Source: Carcharhinus longimanus (Eukaryota). Taken from it: DNA of 59,898 nt. The stretch is from positions 6,040,871 to 6,100,768 of the forward strand of contig JASCQW010000163.1 in the NCBI GenBank assembly GCA_030264375.1, given 5' to 3'. The notes beneath the pieces were generated by a model. That model was not told the DNA's origin, searched no databases, and worked only from the letters and a program-made list of their open reading frames with translations. Made by a program: the position numbers and the translations under genes. Positions 10,742 through 24,575 of the stretch are shown here, piece by piece (within the stretch, counting starts at the first letter, position 1; each line of letters starts with the position of its first letter).

Positions 10742-11300
10742 AGGGAGGTGATGGCCTAGTGGTATTATCGCTGGTCTATTGAATCCAGAAACTCCTGGGG
10801 ACCCGGGTTCAAATCCTGCCACGCCAGATGGTGGAATTTGAATTCAATTTAAAAAAATGATCTGGAATTAAGAATTTACTGATGACCGTTGTTGATTGTG
10901 GGGGAAAAACCACCTGGTTCACTAATGACCTTAGTGGAGGAAACCTGCCATCTTTATCTGGTCTGGCCTACATGTTACTCCACAGCAATGTGGTTGACTC
11001 TCAACTACGCCCTGAGATGGCCTAGCAAGCCACTCCATTCAAGGGCAATTAGGGATGGGCAATGGAACCTTTAGGAATATTGACATGAAGAAAAATCTGG
11101 GTGTACATGTCCATCGATCATTGAAAGCGGCAACACAAGTGGATAAGGTAGTCAAGGTAGGCTCCGAAAGACCATATAGTTTTAGGTTAGGCAGGTATCA
11201 TGATCGGCGCAGGCTAGGATGGCCAAAGAGACTGTTCTTTGTTCTTTTTCCTAAATGCTGGCCTGCCAGCAATGCCCATGTCCCATGAATGAATATATTT
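10742..11300 (+). mobile_element. Second-family SINE with nested CR1 fragment (11064-11251)
   Basis: Tail gggcaat|aaatgctggcc is split by an insert encoding NLGVHVHRSLKAATQVDKVVK. Confidence 0.75.
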
Positions 11301-11419
11301 TTAAAAATCTAATTCAGAGTTAGATGTCTGCAGATGAACAGGATGTGAAAGAGCTGCAAGTGTAAATAGTCACATGGCAATGTGATGCTGTGATGATAGC
11401 AGAGAGTTGGCTCAAAAAA

Positions 11420-12290
11420 AATGGTCAGGACCAGATATTAAATATCCCTGGATACAAGCTGTTCAGGAAGGATAGGGAATGAAAGAGAGGAGGATGGATG
11501 GTGAAATATTACAATGTACTGAAGAGAGAGGATATCCTGGAGAGGTCAAGGACAGAATCTATTTGGTTTGGGTTACAAAACAGTAGTGGGACTGTTGTCC
11601 TACTGGCTTGTTCGATTGACTACCAACTAATGGGAAAGGTAGAAGAGCAAACTTGCTGAAAATTAAAGAGCTATAACAGATTATAGATTAGTGATAAAGG
11701 AAGGTTTTAATAATCTTAACATAAACGGAGATAGTAACAGTGCAAAGGGCGGGGTTGGAGATGAGTTTCTGGAGTGTGTTCAGGAGAATGCTCTTGTATG
11801 TTTTTGCCCCAAGGAGGAAAGAGGTTGTTTGGTCTGGTTGCAGGCAATGAATCAAGTGTCAGTAGGGGAGCATTTGGGGAACAGTGATCATTGGGCGGGA
11901 TTTTACAGTTTCTGAGCGAGACCAGAAATTCCCGCCTGAGAGGTCAATGGAGATTTCTATTGTCGGACCCTCGCCCACTCTGATTCCGTGGCGGGCGACG
12001 TGGTAAAGTTTCAGCCATGATGTCATGAGGATTCAATTCGCTATGGGAAAAAGACAAGGAGGAATCTAGAGTAGAAATATTTAGTTGAAGGGCAGCCATT
12101 CAAGTAGATTGCGAGCAGACTTGTCCTGGGTAAACTGGATGAACAATTAGTAGGCAAAACTATAACAGAACAATGGGCTGCATTTGTCAAGGCAATGGTT
12201 TGGGTACAGTTGAGGTCCCTGTTGTCACAAGAGAGGAAGATAGGACAACCAAAACCAACGTTCCTTTGATGTTGAAAGAAAGACGCTAGG
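11420..12290 (+). mobile_element. Decayed CR1 LINE ORF2, endonuclease region
   Basis: LNIPGYKLFRKDR, FLECVQEN and GEHLGNSDH motifs, with stops and frameshifts. Confidence 0.75.
11893..12016. mobile_element. Small MITE-like element inserted in the CR1 relic
   Basis: Imperfect terminal inverted repeats gggcgggattttac / gtaaagtttcagcc; similar ~110-140-bp elements at ~14640-14775, ~42690-42800 and ~59445-59578. Confidence 0.5.
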
Positions 12291-12319
12291 ACTGGAAGAA
12301 TTAGATGTTAAGCAGTGTC

Positions 12320-12870
12320 AGGCTAACCTCCCACATTCTATATTCAGTAAACTTGAGACCATCCAGAACTGTGTCTGTGTCTGAACTCACACCATTCATC
12401 CATACCTCCCAGCGCTTTCTGACCTATATTGGTTTCCTGTTAAGCAGCACCTCAACTTTAAAATGTTCATCCTCATTTTCAAATCCATGCATAGCCTCTA
12501 GCTTATGTTAGGATAATTAAAAGTTCCCCTAATCTATAGTTCCTGTTTCTCTATCTCTGCAATCTCCTCCAGCTCCACAATACAACAGAATCTCTGCACT
12601 CTTCCAATTCCAGTCTCATAAATGTCCCCTATTATAGTTATTCCGCCTCTAGTGGCTGTGCCTCCAGTTGTCACAGCAATAAAGCTTCAGAATTCCCTCC
12701 CTCTCTTTCTTCTAAGAAACTCCTTAAAACCTACCTCTTTGACCAAGCCTTTGGTTAACAGTTTTAATATCTCTTTATGTGACTCAGTGATAAATCCTGC
12801 TTTAAGATGCTTCTGTGAAGCACCTCGAAATGTTTTATTATGTTAAAGGTGCTATATAAATGTACCTGTT
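12320..12870 (+). mobile_element. L2-type LINE 3' end
   Basis: ctccttaaaacctacctctttgaccaagc...tgtgaagcacct...aaaggtgctatataaatg; related pieces at ~12875-13050 (-), ~46735-47480 (-), ~48790-49070 (+). Confidence 0.65.
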
Positions 12871-13931
12871 AGTGTCTTAAAGGAGCAGAGCGAGGTAAAG
12901 AGACAAAAATGTTTAGGGAGGGACTTGCAAAGCTCAACGCCGGGACAAGACCCACAGTGATGGGGCAAATGAAATCAGGGTGCACAGGGCGCTTTAACTA
13001 GAGGAACACAGATTTCTTGCAAAGATGTCTGGCTGGAAGAGGTTAGGGACAATAACAGCTGATATATAAATCTTTTTGCCTTCATTTTCATGTTTTAAGT
13101 ATGCAAATTTTTCAATAGGATGGGAAAAATGGCCACCAAAAGTAATCATTTTATATTTTGGTATGAGATATACTCAAGCTTCTATTTTCACTTATTTAGA
13201 CTAGCGTGAAATCTTTCTAACAGATTGTTCAATAGTTGAGCCAACATTAGACAGCTCAGTGTTGGACTAATATTTGTGACATGCTGCTACGGAACAGATC
13301 GATAGGTGCTAAATAGGGCAAATTCAATATTTCCAGAGACTAGCAGCTAAAATTGACATTGGTTTTGAGATCACCTAGCTGTGAGCTGCCCTGGCTGGTA
13401 CATCCGCGTGGCTATGAGTCACGTGGACTGGAAAGATCCCAATTTGTGCTGAATTAGGTGTTCTTAACTGGGATAATGGCAGCTTAGGGAGTGTGGAGGT
13501 TGGTACTGTAATTATTCTCAGAGTCCTGCCAGGAAGAGAAGAGATAAGCCAGGTATTGATATCTACTCAGTGATCTCTCCCTTACTGGTAAGTCTACCCA
13601 GCAGGTCAGCAGCGGAGGAACGGATTGAAATTGGACGACTTCTCGACAGTTAGTCTCACATGCGATGACTTGGACGAGATACGAGGCAGAGTTTTTGGTG
13701 GATTTGTAACCTAGCATGAGTCCAATGGTGAAGAAGAATGAAGAGGATTGACAGAGAAACATAGAAGAATGCAGTAACTGGGTCAGGTCCAATGCTGCTC
13801 CGAACACACTCAACCACAAAGATAATGTTCAACGTATTTGTTAGACTTGCTTGCTATTGGGAAAATAAATAGAATTTGACATGAAACAAATGCTAACTGA
13901 GTTTGATGCTGTGTTTTTAAAACACAGACTG

Positions 13932-14282
13932 TGGAGATGTGCTGGCATAGTGGTATTATGGCTGGACAATTAATCCAGAAACTCAACTAATGTTCTGGGG
14001 ATCCAGGTTGAATCCCGCCACAGCAAATGGTGGAATTTGAATTTAATTTTTTAAAAGTGACTCTACTGATGACCATGAATCCATTGTCAATTGTTGGAGA
14101 AACGCATTTGGTTCACTAATGTCCTTTAGGGAAGGAAATCTGCCGTCCTTACCTGGTCTGACCTACATGTGACTCCAGAACCACAGCAATGTGATTGACT
14201 CTCAAATGCCCTCTGAACAAGAGCAACTAGGGAGGGGCAATAAATGCTGTCCAACCATGTCCCACGATTGAATGAAAAAAAT
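13932..14282 (+). mobile_element. Second-family tRNA-derived SINE
   Basis: Colinear with 3593-3957. Confidence 0.8.
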
Positions 14283-14814
14283 AGACGACAAATTCTGTCT
14301 CTGTAGACAATGAACAGAAACAGCTTTTTGTCCAAAATACTTACAATTTTCCCTCTTCGATGTGCCAACTCTGCTACGGAAATTAAGTCGTCACTGGCCA
14401 CTTTCTGGTATCTCATGACGTGGCCTTCCATTCCCCCAAGCCTACAGACTTTGTGTCAGGGTATGGGCATCTTGTCCTTACTTAAATGGCAGAAGTTGAA
14501 GCTGGGCCAGACACAGAGATTTGATGGGCAGCGAGAGACTAGAGAGAGAAAGAGAAATGTAAATGGAGCCAGCAAGGCAGAGATAGAAGGTTTCTGAATT
14601 CATTCAATATGCTACATGGCACAAAATGTGAAACACTATGGCAGGAACTTTCCAACTGTTCACGCCAGCAGGGTTTTCCCATCCCACTGCAGTGAACAGA
14701 AACTTGTTTTATCGTTAACGTTTCCATCTTCCCTGCAGCGGGAGCGTGGCGTGAACAGGCGATAAGATCATGCCCTATGTCGGTGCTTATCCTCCATGTG
14801 AGTAAAGTTCTAAT

Positions 14815-14990
14815 TCATAGAATCATAGAGCCCCCTAGAGTGCCGAAGAGGCCATTCGGTCCATCGAGACTGCACTGACTCTTGACAGAGTGTTTCGCCC
14901 AGACTCTCTCTGCCGCCCTATCCCCATTACTCCACGCATCTCCCATGGCTAATCCACCTAACCTACACATCATGGGACTCTAAGGGGCAA
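14815..14990 (-). mobile_element. HE1-like SINE 3' half
   Basis: catagaatcatag...ggccattcggtccatcgagactgcac...aaggggcaa; similar truncated copy at ~40555-40780. Confidence 0.7.
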
Positions 14991-15599
14991 GTCAAAAGTT
15001 CTGCTTGTGAATTCCACAGCTGTACAATCCTATATGTCAGAAAGGTTCTCCCCTTCACTATCTTAAACATTTTACAGTTAACGTTCCACCTCTAACCCCT
15101 CGTTATAGACATTTCACTCATTTTCACCCACCCACTTCTATCTGCTCTGTTCCTTTCCCTTCCTAATTTTAAACACTTGCACCAAATTGCCCCTCAGTGC
15201 TGGGAGGGTTAAGTCTGTCCTGCTCGGCTCTAGCCAACCTCAGAGCTGAATACGCTCCCTGTATGTGTGGATCTGGTGACCGTTATTTCAGAGAATTGTA
15301 GCTTGTGCTGTGTGGATGAAAGCTCCTGCTGATGGGCCAAGGGAGTGGGGGTAAGGTTCCTGTCAGGAAATGAGCAGTGATGCAGTGGGACACCCGCCAG
15401 CGGTTCAGAAATTTGCCCCAGACAGCAGAGCATTGAGGTGTTCAATAACATCATAATTGCTCACTCATCAAGGCCAGAACTTCAATTTCAAAAATCTGCT
15501 CAAATATATTTCTGTGCTGACAGCATCCTCAATCCTCCACAGCCCTGTTGCTGTAACACGTAGCATTCGCCCTGTTCTGTTACTTGGCTTCAGGCAGTT

Positions 15600-15925
15600 G
15601 CAGGGGAGGGGACGACATGGGTGAGGATGGCATAGGTGGGGCTGCAGGGGGATGGCATGGATGGAGTGGCATGGGTGGGGTAGCATGGGTGGAGGTTGTA
15701 GGGGGTGACATGGGTGGGTGGGCATAGGGGTGTGGCATGAGTGGAGGTGGCATAACAGAGGTGTGTGGGGGGTGGCACAGATGGGATGGTGTATGGGTGG
15801 GGGTGTAGTGGCGGCATGGATGGGGGGGGTGTAAGGGAAGACATGAGTGGGGTAGCATGGGAGATTGTAGGGGGTGACATGGTGGGTGGGCATTGGGGTG
15901 TGGCATGGGTGGGGGGGTGGAGGAG
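15600..15925. repeat. G-rich degenerate minisatellite (ggcatgggt/gggtg units)
   Basis: Repeated GGCATGGGTGGGG-like units; explains the Pro/His-rich spurious ORFs. Confidence 0.8.
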
Positions 15926-17935
15926 GCCATGTTGTTGGACAAGGTGGCATCTTGTAACCCTTCCTGCAAAGTGACTGAATATCCTCATGGCATGCACTCA
16001 ACTGCCTGAGTTCACACTTGGAGAATGGTCACTTGAATGAGTTCACAGAGGGCTGTTGTCTCCCAGCAACAGGCAGGAGAGAAAGTAATCAATGAGGTAA
16101 ATAGTAAACAATTCTTTATCACAAGTGATGTATCCGTGTTCATGTCTATCCTCAAATCACTGTGTCGAAAACACCCTCATATCAACATCATAAATGACCA
16201 CATTAAGAAAACATATTTTTACTGGTTTCATCCAAAACCAAAAGCCAAAAATCGAAATGTTTCTGCTGTTTGTCACATCCCAAAATCATGTTGGACATTC
16301 AGGCAGAGAACATGGCACAGCCTCACTGTAAAGCACCAGCCTGAGGAAACACCAGGGGGAGCTACAACCCCATCAGATGTGTGAGTAAGTGGCTGATATT
16401 TACAAAGGTTTTAAAGTGTTCATAAACTGGTCATAAATCTGCCTTATTTTTCTGTTCGCAACCAATCAACTTTGAAGCAAAGATTATAAACACATTTATA
16501 GCGTGTTTGGGATGCAAGCTGGGGAGATGTACTCCTCATGTAAACTCAGAAAATAAGGACAGGAGGTCTCAGTATCTCAGAACAGAAAAGACAGGGCCAT
16601 CCTCTGAAGCAAAGTTTTGATCTGTTACATAAAAAACTCACATCTGTTGATTTGATTGGGGAGGTCACTGCAGCAGTTAATATAATAATGGGTGCAACAA
16701 AAGTGAATTACTTTTTAAATGCATGTTGTGGAAGGAGTTTACATCACTTTTCAGATCATGATGTGATTCAGAAAATGCGCTGGTTTGCAATAACGAGCGG
16801 CACGCACAGTTACATAGATCTATACATTTGGACAATTGATGCTCATTCACAAAGCCAGAGGCAATCTCAGTTGAGGGTCTGGGAGCTTGTGGGGGAGGTG
16901 AAATGCGAGGGGCAGCGGGATGAGAACGTACTTTAATCTGAATTAAATTGTAAGTGTTGGAAAGCCTGGAATGCATTACGTCAACTCTTTCCCACGGTCG
17001 AACTCGTGTCAACTCCTCAAGGTTTGACCAAGAAACAAATTGCCGTTGATCATTGGGAAGTGTTTAACAAGATCAAGATGTTAAAATATTCACAATTTCT
17101 GAGCAACTTTTTTGTGTTTTTTTTCTAATTTGCCTCACACTTGCATATTTAGCTTCATGGTACAGTTGCAACGTGCCCTTTATCTGTGTTTAAATATGTA
17201 CAAATATGTCTTTGGACATGACAATTTCTAATTTGGGAGGTAGGGTGAAAAGTTGGGCAGAAAGCAAAGCACGGGTGCTACATGGTGTCATTTGCTCTGT
17301 GGCCTACTTGGGGTAGAAGCCAAGCTCAGTGAGGTGTGATATCTTGGTAATGTTTTAGCCTCCAGCACAGTTCGTGTCCTGGGTTGCCTCTGAAGTGATT
17401 CAGCATGTTCTTGATGTTCTTCATCCTTCATGTCCTGCGTCTTCAGGGTGTTTCTCAAGAGACAATTTAAGGACCAGAGATGTAGTTGGCTGCCATATGT
17501 ATACAACAGTACCAGTCACTAGCCCCTCACCATTCCCTAGAGATTTTATTTCTATTCAGCCAACAAAGCTGGAACTCATTTACAGAAGGTTGATGGACGC
17601 AAGCTCAATTTTTTGCATCTGCTTCTCCAGGCATTATTGACTTCTGGGGGATTGCTGCATAGGGACCAACAGCCTCCACTAACCTCATGCATTGCTCATG
17701 GCTGAAGGAATCAAGCAGCATTGAGAGGATGCTCAAAGAAGGGTCACTGCTGAAACAATCTTGCGATCCACCAACAGGTACACACTTGCTGGCCTGAAAG
17801 GCTACAAGATGGTTTTGAAGGCACACGTTTAGGAAGGGGATTCTCTACAGGCACGAACTTCACTTCCACTGCTGGAATGAGGAGTGAATAAAGTGCATGT
17901 TGGGATACAGATCTAGAAAGGACACAAGGAGGGGC

Positions 17936-18054
17936 AGGTAAGGCTATTGATAGGTAGGTAAGGTTGCTTATGAGTAGGCAAGGCTGCCAATGGGTAGGTA
18001 AGGCTGCCGATGGGTAGATAAGACTACCGATGGTCAAATAAGGCTGCCAATGGG
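17936..18054. repeat. 20-bp tandem repeat, about 6 diverged units
   Basis: Consensus GGTAAGGCTGCCAATGGGTA. Confidence 0.8.
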
Positions 18055-21000
18055 TTTGAAAGAATAACAATGTATTTCAAGTCAATTCTCTAGCACTAGA
18101 GGAGGCAATAGATGGTAGGGACATTGTTAACAGATATGTAGAATAGGGTGCCAGCTTTACACTACACGTAGGCTGGGTCACTGGAGGCTAGGTAGAGGCT
18201 ATTTTTTAAAATTACATNNNNNNNNNNACAGCAGCGTCAATCAGGATCAACCTGTGTTAGAGTACAATAGGCTTGTAAAAAGGACTGTCGGATGTAAAAT
18301 CAGCCCTCGGCATGCAAAGAATTTACATCTTTTACTCACTAAATCACTTCACATCCTGGAGCCCTACAGCCTCCAAAATGCTGCCATTGTCTGGGAATAT
18401 GCAGCTTACTGTCACAACACAGCAGGTAACAGTAATGTCCACAAGATGAATTGCCCTTATGAACAGTATATGAGACAATGAGGAAAATGCAACACTGAGG
18501 CATCTCAGCGAAGAACGCTTCTGAATAAGAAACACATGTTCTCCTGGAAGATAACCTCACTTCAATCTCCCTCTTGTTAAAATCTTTCTGGTTCCCATTT
18601 TATTGGTGGTATTCATGTATCTTTGAAATGCCCTTTCTTGTCCTGCCAAGAAGACTAACTCCCTTATCCTCCACACTCCTCCTGTACATCAAGATTCACC
18701 ACACCTTCTCCTATTACAATTTATCATTTCCCCAGAACCTGAGAACGACACCCAGCCAGCCGTGAGGTACGACTGGGAGAGCCGAACGTGCAAATTCCTT
18801 TTGTGTCAGACCCTCCTGACTTAACGGGAACCAGCTGTTGCAGGAAGCCGCACAAAGAGATAGGAAGTCAGGCTTTCGATTTAAGGATAAACAACAGAGG
18901 AAGGGTCCTGGGCTGAAAATCTTGGGGTTAGATCTAATAGAAAACAGAAACAGTGTGTGCAAGGGGGTCTGGTAAAATTTACAAGCTGACAATTATTACA
19001 CGGCTCATTCCTGCCATTTAAATGTTTGCTTAAGTATGGAGCAGATGTTTGTGGAAGAGTCTGAACAAATAACACCTAACATCTGGCAGGCAGCTGGGCT
19101 GGGAGATTCCTGAATTAACAAGTGCAGTGCATGGTCAGATAACAATGAGATTAAGTTCTGGTCACAGAAAGGTCTGGATTTTGCAGTTATAAATGATAGA
19201 GAAACCATCAGCAATTGCTGTCCATACACTTTGAAATCTGTACAATTAAACCTGGAATTCTAGAAGCATCCATTAGATCTTTTAATGCAGGATTGTTGGT
19301 GGCTTTTTTAAAGTTTATATTTCCTGATGTAAATGTCCCAATCTTTATTTTCTCTGTAATATATATGAAGAGGGAAAGTTAATCAGAGCATTATGATTCC
19401 TGGTTTGCTGTCTGTGAGAATTCTTCACTGTGATTGGCTGCTTACAACATTTGATGGAATCACTGCTTTGGATGACTGGGTATCCTTTGACTTTGGCACT
19501 CAATTCAAACTGACTTTCGGAAATGTGTAATCCACATGACGGACAAGGTTGAATCGAGGACAGTGCTGAATGCCCACTGAGCACACAATTCAGGCCATTA
19601 TTACCCNNNNNNNNNNNNNNNNNNNNGGAGAGCGCAAATGGAATAGTGGCAAAAATTCCACTATCATAAACTTAAGTTATGAAGAAAGATGTTTCCGATT
19701 TGGAAAATGTAGCAAATTGTTCACCTGTGCTGAAAAGCTCAAATCCCAGGAGCAAAGTAAAAATTATGATGAGGTATGAAAGCTGGGGGAAATTATTCTT
19801 TACCCAGAGTTTTTAAAGAAGCAGTTACGGCTCCTGTAGAAACTATTGTTTCTTTATAAATTGAACTTTCAGTGACAGACTGAAAGGATTATACAACAAG
19901 ATTTCAAGTTTTAAGACTTCAACTGTAATAAATGAATTGAACCAACATGGAACTAAACACTATTTTAAGAAAACAACTTTTACACTAAATCACATAAAAG
20001 TTTAACGTTACTTTTAAAATGACCAAACTTCCCCTCCACAGTTATACTTTACTCTGTCCTTCATTTTCTATGAACTAGTCCAAAGTGATTCTCTACTCTG
20101 AAGGGCTTTTTTCTTCCCTTATTCATTTTTAATATAGTAATTGGTGCTTTTCTTCTCCTTTCCTAGCCAGGAAAGTCCTAATCCCAGAGTAAGGCTCACA
20201 GTGAGGGACAAATTGGAGATTTTTCTCCCTAGCCAAAACTGAGCAAACTTTTCAGCCTCATTTAAATCCTCTCAAATCTGGTCTCTTCACTCCTAGCACG
20301 AGTTCCCATCTACATTGTGTGGGCAACAGTTGAGGCTTGCAGCCTCTATCCCACTTGCACATTGTCCATGACTGAGATTCAGATCTTTAAGGAAAACCTG
20401 TAACCAATTCTACAATGGCTTCCTATGGATTAATTCCCCTCTCAAAAGCCAACAACAACAGCATGAATCACAAAGCCCCAATGTCCTGGTAGAAATGTTA
20501 ATTAGCTATCCTCTGGACCCCTAACTCCATTCTATCGTGGAATTAAATAGATAATTTAAAGTATAACCATTTCTAAACTCTGACATCCCCAACATCTTGA
20601 TGAGACTTGGAAACCAAGAATCTATTCATCATCAGCACAGCCATTCAGGTCATTGTTTACAGGTATGAACACCTTTCCTCTTTTCAGTAAAGCAACCTAG
20701 GCCCCTTCTAAATTTTAATAAATGGAACTACCCCAGGTTTGTCATCACCAGCATTCAGAACAGGTCACACAAATGCTTCATTCCTCCATCTTACGCTAAG
20801 TTACAGAAAAACGCTAGGGTTCTCTGCCCTCCTTGCAGCATTTTTCTCAGCAGTGAGAGGTGGCCACCATTATCTGGTATCTTCCAGTCCTGCCGCTGTT
20901 AATGGGATTTCTGCAACAGTTTTCCCATCACTGCTGATCCAAACAAGTCTCTTTGACATCAACTCAATGAGATCAGAGTCAGAGCAGTCAATGGGAATTA

Positions 21001-21795
21001 AGGGCTATGGGGAGCAGGCGGGTAAGTGGGAACTGAACCACTATTTGATCAGCCATGATCTTATTGAATGGCTAGATCGAGGGGCTAGATGGCCTACTCC
21101 TGCTCCTATTTTTTTATGTTCTTATGTTAACGGTGTCTCCCTGCAGTGAGGATGCACTGTCAGCAGGACCAGAAGATTCTGCCAGTGTGACCAGGAGATA
21201 GTGTTCAAACTCCCAAAGCATAACCATCTTATAAATGTTGTACTTCCGACAAACCTACCATTGCAGGATTTGAAAAACACACTGTAGATGAAAGGCAGAA
21301 AACAATGGATGTGAATGAGAGACAGGAGGGAATGGGGAATATAGTGAAAACTGTGATTTGGATCTATAAAGAAAATAGCTTGAGGGATAAATATACATTC
21401 CCATTTATTTTTGGAAGACCAAAAACGTCTGGATATTTCTAAAACCAGATCCAAATATTCGTTCCTGATTGAGCCCTAGACATCAAATCAACCCACACAA
21501 CTGACTGATATAAATGTCCCAAACAATAAGAGTCTGGTTTTGATTGCTGTATTAAAGAAAAGTTCAGACACTGTGAAAAGATCAATTTTGTATATGCCAA
21601 AGGAGCCTCTGACAGCCCTGCTTATCCCTTCATCTGATATTTCATTGGGCAAAAGCTCTCACTCCCTATTCTTTATTGGAACTATTGGTATGACCCTTTT
21701 ACCAATACACTCATCACTTCTCTGAACTTTTCTCACGTGTTGTTCCTATTTTCTAAGCACACTTCTTCCAAATATTAAAAAGAAATGTTATAATG

Positions 21796-22030
21796 GGTGG
21801 CACTATAGTTAGCATTGCTGCCTCATAGCACCAGAGACATGGTCCAATTGCAGTCTCGGGTGAGTGTGGGTGTGGAGTTTGTACGTTCTCCCTGTGTCAG
21901 TGAGGGTTGCTCCGGTTTCCTCTCAGTCCAAAGCTGTGCAGGTTAGGGTGGATTGGCCATGCTAAATTGCCCCTTAGTGTCCAAAGGTGTGTATGTTAGG
22001 GGAAGTAGCCATTGGATTCTATGGTTCTAA
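21796..22030 (+). mobile_element. HE1-like V-SINE
   Basis: Head and core present, tail shortened. Confidence 0.75.
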
Positions 22031-22913
22031 ATCCAACCAAACTTTGCCTCCAGAGGTGGATTTTTGTTTAGTACCAGAGGTAGTTTTTTTTTAAGTGTCC
22101 CATACCATTTAGTATCTTTCTTGCTTTGTCATTGCTGATTTTTCAGTGGGCAAGGAGAATGAGAGGTTGGGTATAGTTTTAGTAGCCTGGATTTTCTGAA
22201 GTAACAAATCAAGTCTATTTAGGGTAAGAATACTTCTGACATTCAAAAAAAAGTAACTGTCAATTTATATATTCATTGCCACTTTAGCAAACCCATGTTG
22301 GAACCTAGTATCTAACATTCCTGTGGTGATGAAAACAGGCTAAAAGTTTAAACTCTATTAGGATACTGGATGTCACGTTAACTTCAACAGCCTCCAATTT
22401 GGAAATAATTTTAGCTTAGAACTTTTATTAGCAGCCTTGTGGCTACCAGCAATTTATAGTCATAGAGATATACAGCATGGAAACAGGCCCTTCAGCCCAA
22501 CTCATCCATGCTGACCAGGTTTCGTAAACTGAAGTAGTCCCATTTACCTGCATTTGGTCCATATTCCTCTAAACCTTTCCTATCTTTGTACCTGTCCAAT
22601 ATTGCTCAAATGTTGCAATTGTACCCACCTCTACCACTTCCTCTGGCAGCTCATTCCATATACATGCCACCCTCTGTATGAAAAAGTTTTGGCTCAGGTT
22701 CCTTTTACACTAACAACTCTCCTCCATCCAACCATCCAGCTGGACTGACTGGCATAGGCCAAGACACCCACCATGACTACATAACTGACGTCATGATACA
22801 AAACTTGGTCAGAGTGAGGCATACCTCAGAGGTGGGTGGAAACCCCAGGGTGCTGAATACATCTCTACAAGAGAACACTATCTCAGGAAATAACTGATTT
22901 GATTTTGTGAAGA

Positions 22914-23200
22914 GTGGCATGTTGGCAGTGATTAGCACTGCTACCTCACAGCGCCGGGGACCCGGGTTCAATTCCAGCCTCATGTGAACGTGTGGTTGGA
23001 GTTTGCACGCTCTCCCCGTCTGCATGAAGTTCCTCTGGTGCTTCCTCTCTCAGTCTGAAAGATGTGCTGGTTAGGTTGATTGGTCATGCTAAATTGCCAA
23101 TTAGTGTCAGGGGGATTAGCAGGATAAATATGTGGGGTTTTTGTCAGTGCAGGCTCAATGGGTTGAATAGCCTTGTTCTGCACTGTTGGGTTACTATCAT
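22914..23200 (+). mobile_element. HE1-like V-SINE
   Basis: Head, core and CR1-like tail. Confidence 0.8.
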
Positions 23201-23949
23201 TTTAAGGACAAAGTATAACGTATAAAATTTAAAGAAATAAATATACAGGGCTTGGTGACATGTGATTAAACTCAGCACTGTCTTTGAATCTATAACAGAC
23301 TCTCTTAGGTTCCTACACAAAATAAATTTGAACTGAAATCATAGCACAAAACTAATCCCATGCTAACACTAAACTGGCAAGCCCCATCCCAAAAACCACA
23401 ATGATAGTGTGGTCTGGCCTGGGACCACATAACAGGAGTGGAAAAAGTTTCAAATCCGTCTCAAACATAGCTTACCTTTATACGCACATTTTTATAAATA
23501 TACCAACTGGTTGCTCATAATGTTGCTGATGATAAATGGAAGGATGGCATTTTGTAATAGGGGAGTTATTGATAAAATCTGGCAGAGAAACATTGTAAGT
23601 GCAGTCCAGGAATTCTCACCATTCAAGTCTTTCAATAAATAAGTAGTTTAGGTTATAGGAGGGATAGACGTTTTGGAATTTAGTTTATTTTAGGGGTTCA
23701 GGAACAAGTCAAACATAACTTTCCCTTAAATAGCTAGTGTAGAACCATTGGTGTACATCATGTAAGATTATAGAACAGAGAGATTTAGATGATTAGATAA
23801 GATTTTTCTCAAGCAGTTTTTTAAAAATAAACTTAGGGAACATTAGTCAAGGTGCAGTGAGATAATGTTAGCTAGGGTAAGACAATACTTTTTCACTACA
23901 TTTCTCTGTTTCAGTCATAAACTGTGCCTAGGTCAGGTGTGGTCCTTTT

Positions 23950-24270
23950 TTTTAAAATTCATTAGTGGGACATGGGCATTGCTGGCTGGTCAACATTTAT
24001 TGCCTATCCCTAGTTGCCCTTAAGGTAATGGTGAGCTGCCTTCTTGAATAGCTGCAATCCATGTGCTGTGGATTGACCCACAATGCCATTGTGGGGGGCG
24101 GGGGGGCAGACTTCCAGGATTTTGAGCCAGCGACCGTGAAGGAATAGCACTATATTTCCGAGTCAGGATGGTAGGCGACTTGGAGGGTAACTTGCAGGGG
24201 GTGATATTCCATGTATCTGCTGCCCTTGTTCTTTTAGACAGAAGTGCTCCTGCGTTTGAAGGTGCTGTCA
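23950..24270 (-). mobile_element. LINE 3' end that shares its tail with the second SINE family
   Basis: Reverse complement of ttcaagaaggcagctcacc...aagggcaactagggataggcaataaatg; homologous to 58410-58890. Confidence 0.7.
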
Positions 24271-24575
24271 ATTCATCTTTGGTGAATTGTCACCAAATCC
24301 CCAATTGGATCATAAGGCATTCCTTCTGCAATAAGGTGTTTCTTGGTTCTGTTTATCCTTTGCACACCATGATATACGTGAACTTTGGGAAACCAAGTGG
24401 TTATTCAAACTTGGGAACTAAGGTGAGGACAGAATGCAAGCTCCAAGCAAGTGTGGTCTAAAGTGATCACTCCCTTTGAGCAGATTTTGAGTTCTCTTAA
24501 TGACCACTGAATTTATTTTACTGCTTAAAAACTATTCAGAAGTGGAACTTCTTTAAAAGATATGTTAGAATCATG

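Noticed and set aside
15468-16001. Pro/His-rich ORFs of 129-177 aa on minus
   Set aside because: Open in all three frames because the G-rich minisatellite lacks stops; no homology or splice support
17936-18054. Regularly spaced repeat suggestive of a CRISPR array
   Set aside because: Head-to-tail units without unique spacers, in vertebrate DNA; an ordinary minisatellite
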